Shown in pieces: positions 20,062 through 29,090 of a stretch of DNA of 64,000 nucleotides. The number at the start of each line of letters is the position of its first letter. Position 1 is the stretch's first letter. Under the pieces are notes generated by a model, which did no database searches, was not told where the DNA came from, and was given only the letters and a program-made list of their open reading frames with translations. The DNA comes from Candidatus Acidiferrales bacterium (GTDB taxonomy: Bacteria; Acidobacteriota; Terriglobia; Acidiferrales; 2-02-FULL-67-57). The stretch covers positions 4,392-68,391 of the forward strand of contig CBDFHE010000010.1 of the NCBI GenBank assembly GCA_965247455.1, given 5' to 3'. The position numbers were made by a program, and so were the translations under genes.

Positions 20062-20808
20062 ATGAACATGCGAGGCACCCTGGTGGTCTGCGCTGACATG
20101 GACAGCTTGTACCGGGAAGCGGTGCGGCGCATCACCACCGCGCTGGCGGGGGCCGGCGAGCGGCAAAAAGTTGTCAGCCTCGCCCTGGCCGGGGGAAAAA
20201 CCCCGCGTACCCTCTACCAATGGCTGGCGAGAGAAGAGTTCCGGGCGGGCATTCCCTGGGGCAAGCTGCACCTGTTTTGGGGCGACGAACGGCTGGTTCC
20301 GCTCGACCACCGCGAGAGCAACTACCGCATGGCCCGGGAAGCGCTGCTCAACCACGTGCCGGTGCCACCGGAAAACATCCATCCCGTGCCGGTGCACCTG
20401 GCGCTGGAAGAAGCCGCGCAAACCTACGAGCAGGAAATCCGAACTGTGCTGGGAAACCGCCGCGGCGTCCCTTGCTTTGACGTGATTCTTCTGGGACTGG
20501 GAACCGACGGCCACACCGCTTCACTGTTCCCCCGCGCTGAAACACTGCGGGAGCGGAAGCGGCTGGTGGTGGTGGCGCGGAGCCCGGTGGGGATGCCACG
20601 GGTCACGCTCACGGTACCGGTGCTCAATCAGGCCCGGCATGTTTTCTATTTGGTAACCGGGGCCGACAAATCCCAAGCCCTGCAACAGGCGGTCGAGGGT
20701 GCGGGTGAACTGCCGGCACAACTCATCAACCCGGCCAAAGGCAAGCTGGTGTGGTTCCTGGACTGCCCCGCGGCCGCGCGCTTAGAACGAGTGCGCGTAG
20801 AAACATGA
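20062..20808 (+). CDS. pgl: 6-phosphogluconolactonase
   Basis: LALAGGKTPRTLY, FWGDERLVP and LLGLGTDGHTASLFP motifs. Stop overlaps the glk start (ATGA). Confidence 0.9.
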   Translation: MNMRGTLVVCADMDSLYREAVRRITTALAGAGERQKVVSLALAGGKTPRTLYQWLAREEFRAGIPWGKLHLFWGDERLVPLDHRESNYRMAREALLNHVPVPPENIHPVPVHLALEEAAQTYEQEIRTVLGNRRGVPCFDVILLGLGTDGHTASLFPRAETLRERKRLVVVARSPVGMPRVTLTVPVLNQARHVFYLVTGADKSQALQQAVEGAGELPAQLINPAKGKLVWFLDCPAAARLERVRVET

Positions 20809-21797
20809 TCCTGGCCGGCGACATCGGCGGCACCAAATCGCGCCTGGCCTTCTTCTCACCCGAAGGCGATGCTCGCACGGCCGTGGATGAGCGCTCCCTT
20901 CCCAGCCGGGACTACCCCGGCTTGGCCGCGGTGCTGAAAGATTTTCTCCAGGCTCATCCCCGCCCGGTGGAATTCACCTGCTTCGGCGTCCCCGGCCCGG
21001 TGCGGGACGGCCGCTGCGAGACCCCCAACCTCCCCTGGGTGGTGGACATGCGCGAGCTGCAGCGCGTGACCGGCAGCGTGGTGGTTTTGATCAACGACCT
21101 GGAGGCGACCGGCTATGGCATTCCGACTTTGCGGCCGGAGGAGTTTTTCGTTCTCAGTGAAGGCCGGCCCGACCCGCAGGGCAACGCCGTTCTCATCGCC
21201 CCCGGCACCGGACTGGGCGAAGGTATCCTCTTCTGGGATGGCAGCCGGCACCGCCCCTCGCCCTCGGAGGGCGGCCACTGCACCTTTGCCGCCCGGACCG
21301 CGCTGGAGATTGACTTCAAAGTGCGCTTGCAGAAACGCTACGACCACGTGAGCTTTGACCGTGTGGTGAGCGGATCCGGCCTGCGACGCCTCTACAACTT
21401 CCTCAAAGAAACCGGCTATGCGGAAGAGCCCGACTGGCTGGCCCGGGAGATCGCCGCGGCGGATGACCCGGCCGCAGTCATCTCGCGGGTGGCGATCGAA
21501 GAGAAAAACGAGCTCTGCGTCAAAGCGCTCGACATGTGGACTTCCGTTTTCGGCACCGAAGCCGGCAACCTGGCGCTGAAAGCCCTGGCCACCGCGGGGG
21601 TGTACGTGGGCGGGGGCATTGCTCCCAAAATCCTCCCCAAGCTCAAGGATGGAACTTTTCTGACTGCGTTCCACGACAAGGGCCGGCTCTCTTCCGTACT
21701 CGGGCAAATTCCGGTGCACGTCATCCTCAACGACAAGGCCGCGCTGTACGGAACCGCCCACTACGCCCTGGAACACAGGAAGAGTGCGGCGCGCTAG
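20805..21797 (+). CDS. glk: glucokinase
   Basis: MILAGDIGGTKSRLAFF N-terminal ATP-binding motif, INDLEATGYG, and LIAPGTGLGEG. Confidence 0.9.
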   Translation: MILAGDIGGTKSRLAFFSPEGDARTAVDERSLPSRDYPGLAAVLKDFLQAHPRPVEFTCFGVPGPVRDGRCETPNLPWVVDMRELQRVTGSVVVLINDLEATGYGIPTLRPEEFFVLSEGRPDPQGNAVLIAPGTGLGEGILFWDGSRHRPSPSEGGHCTFAARTALEIDFKVRLQKRYDHVSFDRVVSGSGLRRLYNFLKETGYAEEPDWLAREIAAADDPAAVISRVAIEEKNELCVKALDMWTSVFGTEAGNLALKALATAGVYVGGGIAPKILPKLKDGTFLTAFHDKGRLSSVLGQIPVHVILNDKAALYGTAHYALEHRKSAAR

Positions 21798-21997
21798 GAA
21801 AACTTTGCCAAGCCCATGGTAGTGGATCATTTTGCAAATGGGAAGCTCACGCCGAGCCCCGTGGCTTGTCCTGAGCAATGTCGAAGGGCACCTGCCACGG
21901 GGCGTTTATGCCGCTTGTCCACCCGGCGGCAGGTGTCGCCGGGTTCAGCGGCAAAATCAACATCGTGACAGTGACCCACTACCAAGCCCATTGCATC

Positions 21998-22026
21998 TTG
22001 ACATGGACGGTTCTTCTCCCTAGCAT
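21998..22026 (+). promoter_or_regulatory. candidate sigma70-type promoter (TTGACA-17-TAGCAT)
   Basis: TTGACA at 21998-22003 and TAGCAT at 22021-22026, about 20 nt upstream of the 22048 start. Pattern match only. Confidence 0.35.
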
Positions 22027-22047
22027 CACCGCCTGCGAGCGCAACGA

Positions 22048-23520
22048 TTGTTCCTGCAAACAGAGAATCGCTGGCACACCCTCACCCTAGCCTTCCTGCT
22101 CTTGCTTGCGGCTGCCCTGCCCCACTCGATTGCGGCCGCGCAAACTGCAGCCGGCTTGGCGGCAGTGGTGTGGTTGGCCGGGTTAGCCATCCAACGTCGC
22201 CGCCCGGCGCCGTCTGACCTCGACATCCCGATTCTGCTCTTCGTGGCTGCCAGCGTTCTGGCGGCGGTGTTCTCGCTGGAGCCGGCGGTGAGTGCGGCCA
22301 AGTTAAAAGCAACCTGCTTGATGCTGCTCATCCCGCTGACGGCCGACACTATCCGGCATCGGCGGCAAGCGGCGCTGCTGGTGGGAGTGTTGCTGGGTTC
22401 AGCCACAGCGGGCGCTGCCCCGGTGGTGTGGGAAACAGTTGTCGGCCGCGGAGTGGAAGTGGTGGCCCTGGAAGAAAACAGTCCCCTGCGGCGCGCCGGT
22501 GTGCTGCCGAGCGACATCGTCCTGGCCTGCAACGGCGAGGAGATCAATCGCCCGCAGGAGTTGCGCACGCTGCTGTCCAAGCGGGAAGCAGCCGGCGCGC
22601 TAGTTTGCCAAGCGATGCGCGGCGGCATTCTGCCCTATGAATTTACACTCCGCGCCGAGTGGCTGCGTGAAGCAGCAGCAACGGAGCACTGGTGGTACAA
22701 CGCCACTGTCGGTCGAAGCATTCGCGCGCGTGGGAACTACGGCCACTGGATTACGTACGCCGAAGTCCTGGTGCAACTGGCAGCGCTGGCCTGCGGCCTC
22801 TGGTTGGCGTATCCGGGAAAGCGGCGCTGGCCTGGGGTCTTGGTGGCGGTGGTTCCACTGTTGCTGGGCGCGGCGCTGGCCGCCACCTTTACGCGCGCGT
22901 CCTGGGCAGCACTGGCGCTGGCGGTGCTGGCGATGGTGTGGGTCAAGCTGGGGTGGCGCGGGCGCCTGACTGCCTTGGTGGTGGTCGTTCTTACCATCGG
23001 CGCCATGAACGAGCTGCTGGTGCGCTGGCGCGGGGTGGGCTTTTACAATCCGGCTGACTTGAGTATGCAGTATCGCCGGATGATGTGGGCGGACGGGCTG
23101 CGCCTGATGGGCGAGCACCCGTGGCTGGGCGTGGGCACGAATACGGTGATGGTGCGCTGGCAGGAACTCGGCCTGCGCGCCTACGAACAGTTTGGGTTGC
23201 AGAGCCACTTCCATTCCACTCCTATTCAACTGGGAGTCGAACGGGGTTTGTTGGGGTTGGCTGCTTGGCTGATCTTCGTGGCTGCCTATCTGCGGGTTTT
23301 GTTCCGCCTGGTACGCGGCAGCAGCAAGGGGGATTGGCCGGCGCACGGAATTGCGCTGGGAGTTTTCGGAGGTGTGTGCGGGTTTCTGACCAGCGGCCTG
23401 CTGCACTACAACCTGGGCGACTCCGAAGTCGCCATGGTGTTGTGGCTGCTGGCGGGGGTAACGCTGAGCCTGGCGCGGTTCAGCGCAGAGACCGATCAGG
23501 CCCCACTGGGAACGCCGTAG
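22048..23520 (+). CDS. O-antigen ligase (Wzy_C) family membrane protein with an inserted PDZ domain
   Basis: Polytopic membrane protein with the ligase-like segment TFTRASWAALALAV...NELLVRW...MWADGLRLMGEHPWLGVG...HFHSTPIQLGVERG. Residues about 131-203 (nt 22438-22656) read GRGVEVVALEENSPLRRAGVLPSDIVLACNGEEINRPQELRTLL...RGGILPYEFTL, a PDZ pattern. Confidence 0.8.
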   Translation: MFLQTENRWHTLTLAFLLLLAAALPHSIAAAQTAAGLAAVVWLAGLAIQRRRPAPSDLDIPILLFVAASVLAAVFSLEPAVSAAKLKATCLMLLIPLTADTIRHRRQAALLVGVLLGSATAGAAPVVWETVVGRGVEVVALEENSPLRRAGVLPSDIVLACNGEEINRPQELRTLLSKREAAGALVCQAMRGGILPYEFTLRAEWLREAAATEHWWYNATVGRSIRARGNYGHWITYAEVLVQLAALACGLWLAYPGKRRWPGVLVAVVPLLLGAALAATFTRASWAALALAVLAMVWVKLGWRGRLTALVVVVLTIGAMNELLVRWRGVGFYNPADLSMQYRRMMWADGLRLMGEHPWLGVGTNTVMVRWQELGLRAYEQFGLQSHFHSTPIQLGVERGLLGLAAWLIFVAAYLRVLFRLVRGSSKGDWPAHGIALGVFGGVCGFLTSGLLHYNLGDSEVAMVLWLLAGVTLSLARFSAETDQAPLGTP

Positions 23521-23606
23521 AATCGGTCCGCCATTTTGGTAAGGTCTGACTACGTATAGGTGCTAGAATACGAACGAATGAATCGCAGAAATCAAAGCTG
23601 ATCTGA

Positions 23607-24149
23607 ATGGCTCGCATCCTCGATCTTGGTTGTGGCAAAAACAAGTATCCGGGTGCGGTTGGCGTTGACTTCAACCCCGCAACCGACGCTGACGTGCTTT
23701 GTGACCTCAGCCGTTCTCCCTATCCCTTCCGTGACTCGACCTTCGATGAAATTCGAGCCGTACACCTGGTCGAGCACGTGGAAACCATTATGAAATTTAT
23801 GGAAGAGGTGCACCGTCTGTTACGACCGGGCGGGCATCTCTACTTGGTCACGCCGCACTACACCGATAGCGGCTCCTTCCGTGACCCCACCCATCGTTGG
23901 CACTTGAACAGCTTCTCTTTTTACTACTTCACCGAGCCCCGCAACTACGGCTTCTACACGCTTGTGCGCTTCCGCGAACGTCGCATCATCATCCGGCTGC
24001 TCAAACTCTGGCGCTGGCTGGGGTTCGAGTGGCTGGTGAACCATTCGCGTGTCTTCCGCAAGTTTTGGGAGGACTATCTCTGTTACGTTATCCGAGGCAA
24101 GGAAATGCACTTCTGGTTTGACGCTCTCAAACCAGAAGAGAAAAGATAG
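23607..24149 (+). CDS. class I SAM-dependent methyltransferase
   Basis: ILDLGCGKNKYPGAVGVD (motif I), FDEIRAVHLVEH and LLRPGGHLYLVTP. Visibly lower GC than the flanking DNA. Confidence 0.8.
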   Translation: MARILDLGCGKNKYPGAVGVDFNPATDADVLCDLSRSPYPFRDSTFDEIRAVHLVEHVETIMKFMEEVHRLLRPGGHLYLVTPHYTDSGSFRDPTHRWHLNSFSFYYFTEPRNYGFYTLVRFRERRIIIRLLKLWRWLGFEWLVNHSRVFRKFWEDYLCYVIRGKEMHFWFDALKPEEKR

Positions 24150-24198
24150 TCCGTGTCCCTCCCGCTCGGCGCAACGTCCTCGACGTGGACTAGTTCGA

Positions 24199-24438
24199 CT
24201 AGCCGTCTACGCCGACGCGGCGAAAGGATTCCAGAGTCCAGCTCCCCTCGGGCCCGGTGTGGGCATGGCGCAGGATGTAAATGTTGCCGTCTTCAGCGCG
24301 AACCCGGAAGTAGGTATCCTCGGGGCCGTACCACTGGTCCAGCACTTCCTCGACCTGGTACTTGCGGTCGCGGAGATAAAAGCAGAGCGGCCTCTGGTCA
24401 ATCTTGTAGCCGGAGTAGGATTCCACTCGCACCTGCAT
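24199..24438 (-). CDS. small hypothetical protein (79 aa)
   Basis: MQVRVESYSGYKIDQRPLCFYLRDRKYQVEEVLDQWYGPEDTYFRVRAEDGNIYILRHAHTGPEGSWTLESFRRV. I chose the internal ATG because the upstream part of track ORF 24199-24585 looks non-coding. Confidence 0.45.
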   Translation of the reverse strand: MQVRVESYSGYKIDQRPLCFYLRDRKYQVEEVLDQWYGPEDTYFRVRAEDGNIYILRHAHTGPEGSWTLESFRRVGVDG

Positions 24439-24733
24439 GGCCCGCTCCCTAGCTGAATTTACCGCAGAGAGCGCGCCCGCGCAAGCTTGCAGTCCGGACG
24501 CGGCTCCGCAATCTGCCGCACGCACGACCCTGCCTAGGTCGCAAAAAACCAGGAGTGGGAGCTGCCGCCACCACTTTCGTGGCATCCTTTCTTGGGTGTC
24601 GCCTCATCAATCCTTTTGGGGCGGCGGTGGTTAGCCCAGTCTATCTGTAGACCTGCACCTGGGAAAGATTTTGAGCCACAAGCTGGCAGTCCGTGTACAA
24701 TGGATCGTTTCCAAACGGAGGACACATCCGGTC

Positions 24734-25411
24734 ATGGGTAGAATTCCGGCTGCGTGGAAGCAGCATCTGGCGCTGAGCCTCATTCTGGCGCTGCTCTGTC
24801 CGTGGCCCAGCGCGGGCCGCGACTTTTTCCTCCAAGAAGGCACTGAAATCAACCTTCGCCTGCGCACCCGAATCGACACCAAAATTTCCCAAACCGGTGA
24901 CCGGCTGATCGCTACAGTGGAAGACGCGGTCGATATCGACAACGTAGAAGTCATCCCGGCCGGGACGCGGATACTGGGGCGCGTGGGCGAAATCAAGAAG
25001 CCGGGCCGCTTCGGACGCGGCGGGCGGCTGGTGCTGACCTTTGAGATCATCGATTTAGCCGGAGCAGGCAACGTTAAGATTGCCGGAAGCCTGGTGGACC
25101 TCTACGACCCCGACTACGAAGACGAATACCCGGAGGGGCTCGACGTCGGCCAAGAGGGGCAGGTAAAAGCCGGCGGGACGCGCAAGCTAAAGCGCATCGG
25201 CGGCGCGATTGCCGGTGGCGGCCTGGGGGCAGTGGCCGCGGGCGGCGCGGGCGGTGCCATCGGCCTGGGCGTGGGCGCAGCCGCCGCCTATATTTGGTTC
25301 AAGGGGAAACACATCGATCTCCCGCCCGGCACTGGTTTGGTGATGCGCGTGGACCGCGGCGTTGTTCTCTCCATCCCCGACATGCCACAAGCAGCCGGCA
25401 ACAACCCCTAA
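24734..25411 (+). CDS. hypothetical secreted protein with C-terminal Gly-zipper segment
   Basis: Signal peptide MGRIPAAWKQHLALSLILALLCPWPSAG, a beta-rich region, then GGAIAGGGLGAVAAGGAGGAIGLGVGAAAAY. Confidence 0.55.
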   Translation: MGRIPAAWKQHLALSLILALLCPWPSAGRDFFLQEGTEINLRLRTRIDTKISQTGDRLIATVEDAVDIDNVEVIPAGTRILGRVGEIKKPGRFGRGGRLVLTFEIIDLAGAGNVKIAGSLVDLYDPDYEDEYPEGLDVGQEGQVKAGGTRKLKRIGGAIAGGGLGAVAAGGAGGAIGLGVGAAAAYIWFKGKHIDLPPGTGLVMRVDRGVVLSIPDMPQAAGNNP

Positions 25412-25442
25412 CCGCTTCCCTGTTTTCGTCCGAAACCAAGCG

Positions 25443-26291
25443 CTACGGAGGGGTGGAACCGCGCACTCGAGCCATCTCGTGGTTGAACTGGGCCCCGATG
25501 AGAATGACCACCGCGCTCAGGTACATCCAGATGAGCAGACCGATGGCAGCGGCAAAACCGCCGTAGAGGACATTGTAGATGGCCACGCGGCTGACGTAGA
25601 GGCCGAAGCCGGAAGTCACAACCCACCACAGAACCATCGCCAAGGCCGCCCCGGGCAAAACGTCGTGCCACCCGTGGCGATGATTGGGGGTGAGAAAGAA
25701 ATAGAGCGCGGCCAGCACCAGCGTAGCGGTGAGGAAGGCCAGCGCGTAGTAACCCATGGTCCAAAGAATGCGCACCGGGCGGGCGAAACCGACACCGAGC
25801 TCCTGCACCAACCAACTGCGAAGGTATTTTCCAAACACCACCAGCAAACTCACCGCCACCCAGGGAATTATCGTCACCAAGACCATGGCGACCGACCGCA
25901 ACTGCTTCCACCAAAAACCCCGTTGCTCTTCACGCCCGCAGATGGAAGCGAAGATGCGGTTGAGCGAAAACATCAACTGCGAACCGAGCATGACCGTGCC
26001 CAGCGCGCCGGCCAGAAGCAGCTCGGAGGAACGACCGGAGATTTGTAAGAGCGAGTCCACCACCGCTCGCCGGCTGCCAGGGGGCAAAACCAGGCGAAAA
26101 TCCTGCAGCAAGTCCTCCCAGCCCGGCGCCACCAAGGCCACTACGCCGGCCAGAAAAAGCAGAGCCGGAAAAAACGCCACGAACATCAGGAAGGCAACGG
26201 CCTGCGCATGCAGAAGGGAACCGCCGCGCAGGCTGTTAGCGACGGCGCGCAGCAGAGCTCTGAGTACGAGAGCAGGGCTGCGGGAAGGCAA
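25443..26291 (-). CDS. YihY/BrkB (virulence factor BrkB) family membrane protein; start uncertain
   Basis: AQAVAFLMFVAFFPALLFL...LGTVMLGSQLMFSLNRIF...YGGFAAAIGLLIWMYLSAVVILIGAQFNHE. The 5' part of track ORF 25443-27197 overlaps the aldehyde dehydrogenase gene and is rejected. Candidate starts are TTG 26291, CTG 26327 (behind AGGAGA) and TTG 26363. Confidence 0.75.
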   Translation of the reverse strand: MPSRSPALVLRALLRAVANSLRGGSLLHAQAVAFLMFVAFFPALLFLAGVVALVAPGWEDLLQDFRLVLPPGSRRAVVDSLLQISGRSSELLLAGALGTVMLGSQLMFSLNRIFASICGREEQRGFWWKQLRSVAMVLVTIIPWVAVSLLVVFGKYLRSWLVQELGVGFARPVRILWTMGYYALAFLTATLVLAALYFFLTPNHRHGWHDVLPGAALAMVLWWVVTSGFGLYVSRVAIYNVLYGGFAAAIGLLIWMYLSAVVILIGAQFNHEMARVRGSTPP

Positions 26292-26519
26292 CTGGGCTTG
26301 GACAGCTACGGCCTTTGGTGAGTGCAGACTGCTTCTCCTGTCGCGATAGTTTGAAGCCCGCAAAGCTTTCGAGTAAGATGAGCGAGTGTATCCCAGCGGA
26401 TGGTTTGTGCAAAGCAGTTTTTCGCGTTCTCCGGCGCGCGCCAGGAGTACAGCAAAGCGAACAGGGGCGAAGCGGCCAGGGCGGCGCGGGTAGCTTGCGT
26501 TGAGCAGCAGGAGGAGATC

Positions 26520-28022
26520 ATGGCTACGGTGACGCAGGTTCAGAAGGAAGCTGTCTGCCCGAACTATGTGAACGGGCAATGGGTGCAGTCGAGTTCGGGC
26601 CGCACGCTCGAACGGCGCAACCCGGCCAGCCGCAACGATCTTCTCGGCCACGTACCGCTGAGCACGCGGGAGGAAATCCGTCAAGCGGTCGAAGCCGCCC
26701 GGCGCGCCTTTCCGGCTTGGCGCGACACGCCCGCACCCGTGCGGGGCAAACACATCATGCGCGTGGCGCGCTTGCTGGAAGAACAGCAGGAGGAGGTGGC
26801 GCGCCTGCTCACGCGCGAAGAGGGAAAGACGCTGGGCGAATCGAAAGGGGAAATTCAACGCACCGTCAACATCCTGGAATACACCGCCGGCGAGGCCCGG
26901 CGACTGACGGGCGAGACCTTGCCCTCGCAACTGCCGCGCAACTTCACCTACACCCTGCGCCAGCCACTGGGCGTGGTGGGGTTGATCACTCCCTGGAACT
27001 TTCCCGTGGTGGTGCCGCTGTGGAAGATCGCCCCGGCGCTGGTCTGCGGGAACACGGTGGTGTGGAAGCCGTCGGAGCTGACCCCGTTCACTTCCCGCCG
27101 GTTGGTTGAGATTTTTGCGCAGGCCGGCCTGCCGGTGGGCGTGCTGAACATGGTGAACGGCGCCGGGGAGGAAGTGGGCGATGAGTTGGTCGAACACCCG
27201 AGCGTGCGCGCGCTGAGCTTCACCGGCTCCTGCGAAATCGGCTCACTCATCTACGCCAAGGGCGCCCGGCAGATGAAGAAAGTGCAGTGCGAGATGGGCG
27301 GAAAGAATCCCGTTATCGTGCTGGAAGACGCCGACCTGGAGTTGGCGGCCGACGGCACCGTGATGGGAGCGTTTGGCTCCACCGGCCAGCGTTGCACCGC
27401 CACCAGCCGGGTGATCGTCACCGAAGCGGTGGCGGACAAGTTTGTCGGTCTGCTGCTGGAACGCACCCGCAAGCTGAAGGTGGGCAACGGCGCCGAGCCG
27501 GGGGTGGACCTGGGGCCGTCGGTGGACGAAGCCCAATTCAACAAAGTGCAGGAGTATCTGGAAATCGGCAAGCGCGAAGGCAAACTGCTCTGCGGCGGGG
27601 AGCGGTTGCGAGGCGCCGGATACGACGACGGCTACTTCACCGCGCCCACGCTCTTTGACCACGTGCAGCCGGAAGCGCGCATCGCCCAGGAGGAAGTTTT
27701 CGGGCCGGTCCTTTCCGTCATCCGCGTGAGGAATTTTGAGGAGGCCCTGGTCGTCGCCAACAACATTCGCTACGGCCTGGCGGCCTCGATCTTCACCACC
27801 GATGCCAATCTTGTCTTCCAGTTTGCCGAGGGGATTGAGTGCGGGATTGCGCACATCAATTCGCCCACCGTCGGGGGCGAAGCCCACGTTCCGTTCGGCG
27901 GCATCAAGGCGACCGGCGTGGGCGAGCGGGAGACCGGCTCCACCGCGATTGATTTCTACACCGAACTGAAAGTGGTGTACGTGGACTATACCGGGCGCAA
28001 GCGTGAAGGCAAGCTGTACTAG
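26520..28022 (+). CDS. NAD(P)-dependent aldehyde dehydrogenase family protein
   Basis: ITPWNFPVVVPLWKIAPALVCGNTVVWKPSE, the catalytic region FTGS...EMGGKNP...GQRCTATSR, and EEVFGPVL. ATG 26520 follows GGAGGAG. Confidence 0.9.
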   Translation: MATVTQVQKEAVCPNYVNGQWVQSSSGRTLERRNPASRNDLLGHVPLSTREEIRQAVEAARRAFPAWRDTPAPVRGKHIMRVARLLEEQQEEVARLLTREEGKTLGESKGEIQRTVNILEYTAGEARRLTGETLPSQLPRNFTYTLRQPLGVVGLITPWNFPVVVPLWKIAPALVCGNTVVWKPSELTPFTSRRLVEIFAQAGLPVGVLNMVNGAGEEVGDELVEHPSVRALSFTGSCEIGSLIYAKGARQMKKVQCEMGGKNPVIVLEDADLELAADGTVMGAFGSTGQRCTATSRVIVTEAVADKFVGLLLERTRKLKVGNGAEPGVDLGPSVDEAQFNKVQEYLEIGKREGKLLCGGERLRGAGYDDGYFTAPTLFDHVQPEARIAQEEVFGPVLSVIRVRNFEEALVVANNIRYGLAASIFTTDANLVFQFAEGIECGIAHINSPTVGGEAHVPFGGIKATGVGERETGSTAIDFYTELKVVYVDYTGRKREGKLY

Positions 28023-28084
28023 GAATGGCGCACGCCGCCCGGCGCCGGCCCCGCCGCTCAAAGCGTAGGGTTCCGGTTAGCCCC

Positions 28085-28825
28085 ATGCCTCGACGCCGCC
28101 GGCTCCCCATCACCACGGTCGTTTTCGACCTCGACGATACCCTCTACGACTGTTACCGTCAGCGTGTGTTGGTGGCGCACCGCCATGCCAGCAAGAAAAT
28201 GCTGGCGGCCGGCCTGCGGCGCAGCACAGGAAGACGGCTTACGAGTGAGAGCATCTTCCGGTTGCGCCTTCGGCTCTTCCGAGAGGAGCGTAATTTAGAT
28301 ACGCTCGACCATCGGCTCTGTGCCCGGCTCGGCCTGCGCGGGAAGCCGGCGGAGCGCATCGCACGCGTGGGCTACAAAGCGTACTTCACCTGCCCGGTGG
28401 GCCGGTTGCGTCTCTTCCCCGATTCTTTGCCGACCCTGCGACACCTTCATCGCTGCGGGGTGCGCCTGTTCATCCTGACCGCCGGCGACCTCTCCGTGCA
28501 GCGGACAAAAGTGCGAAAACTGGGACTCGACCGTCTGCCCCACATCCAGCAAGTGTTCTACACCGGCTTGCGAAAGGGACGCGGCAAAACAGAGTGCCTG
28601 CGCCAAGTCTTGCGGTACGAACCAAGTCCCAAAAAGGTTTTGGTGGTGGGAGACCGGCCCGACAGCGAAATCCGGGCGGCGCGCGAGCTGGGCATGCGGG
28701 CGGTACGACGGGTGGGGGGCGAGTTTGCGCGCACCCAACCCCGGCAGCGGCTCGAACGCTCCGACTTTACCATTCGACGTCTTTCCCAACTATTTTCCCT
28801 GGGGTTTCGCTTCAGTCCCAAGTAA
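28085..28825 (+). CDS. HAD-superfamily hydrolase
   Basis: Motif I VVFDLDDTLYD, with later LVVGDRPDSEI (motif IV-like). Confidence 0.7.
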   Translation: MPRRRRLPITTVVFDLDDTLYDCYRQRVLVAHRHASKKMLAAGLRRSTGRRLTSESIFRLRLRLFREERNLDTLDHRLCARLGLRGKPAERIARVGYKAYFTCPVGRLRLFPDSLPTLRHLHRCGVRLFILTAGDLSVQRTKVRKLGLDRLPHIQQVFYTGLRKGRGKTECLRQVLRYEPSPKKVLVVGDRPDSEIRAARELGMRAVRRVGGEFARTQPRQRLERSDFTIRRLSQLFSLGFRFSPK

Positions 28826-29090
28826 TCTGTTTTCCCCCGCACAATCAAGCGGTAGCGGCCCTCGCTGCTGTAGCTCCAAGAAACAGGTAGTGGGTCGGCA
28901 TTCGTTGTCTCTCCCCAGCGGCGGGGGCCGCTGGGCTGAGCATTATGTTGAGGGAATGACGAACAGCAATCAGCGTCGGTTTTAACTCCGGCACTTTCCT
29001 AGCGTTCAACCTGGTGGCTCCTGCCACCGGGAAAGACGCTGATTTCGCATCGTGTGCGCTTTGGTGTAAATTGGCCGGAGGAGCGAGAGG

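Noticed and set aside
26292-27197. 5' 300 codons of track ORF 25443-27197 (would give a 584-aa YihY protein)
   Set aside because: This part overlaps the well-supported aldehyde dehydrogenase gene on the other strand and looks like shadow sequence. The YihY family core begins near AQAVAFLMF, so a start around 26291-26363 is more sensible.
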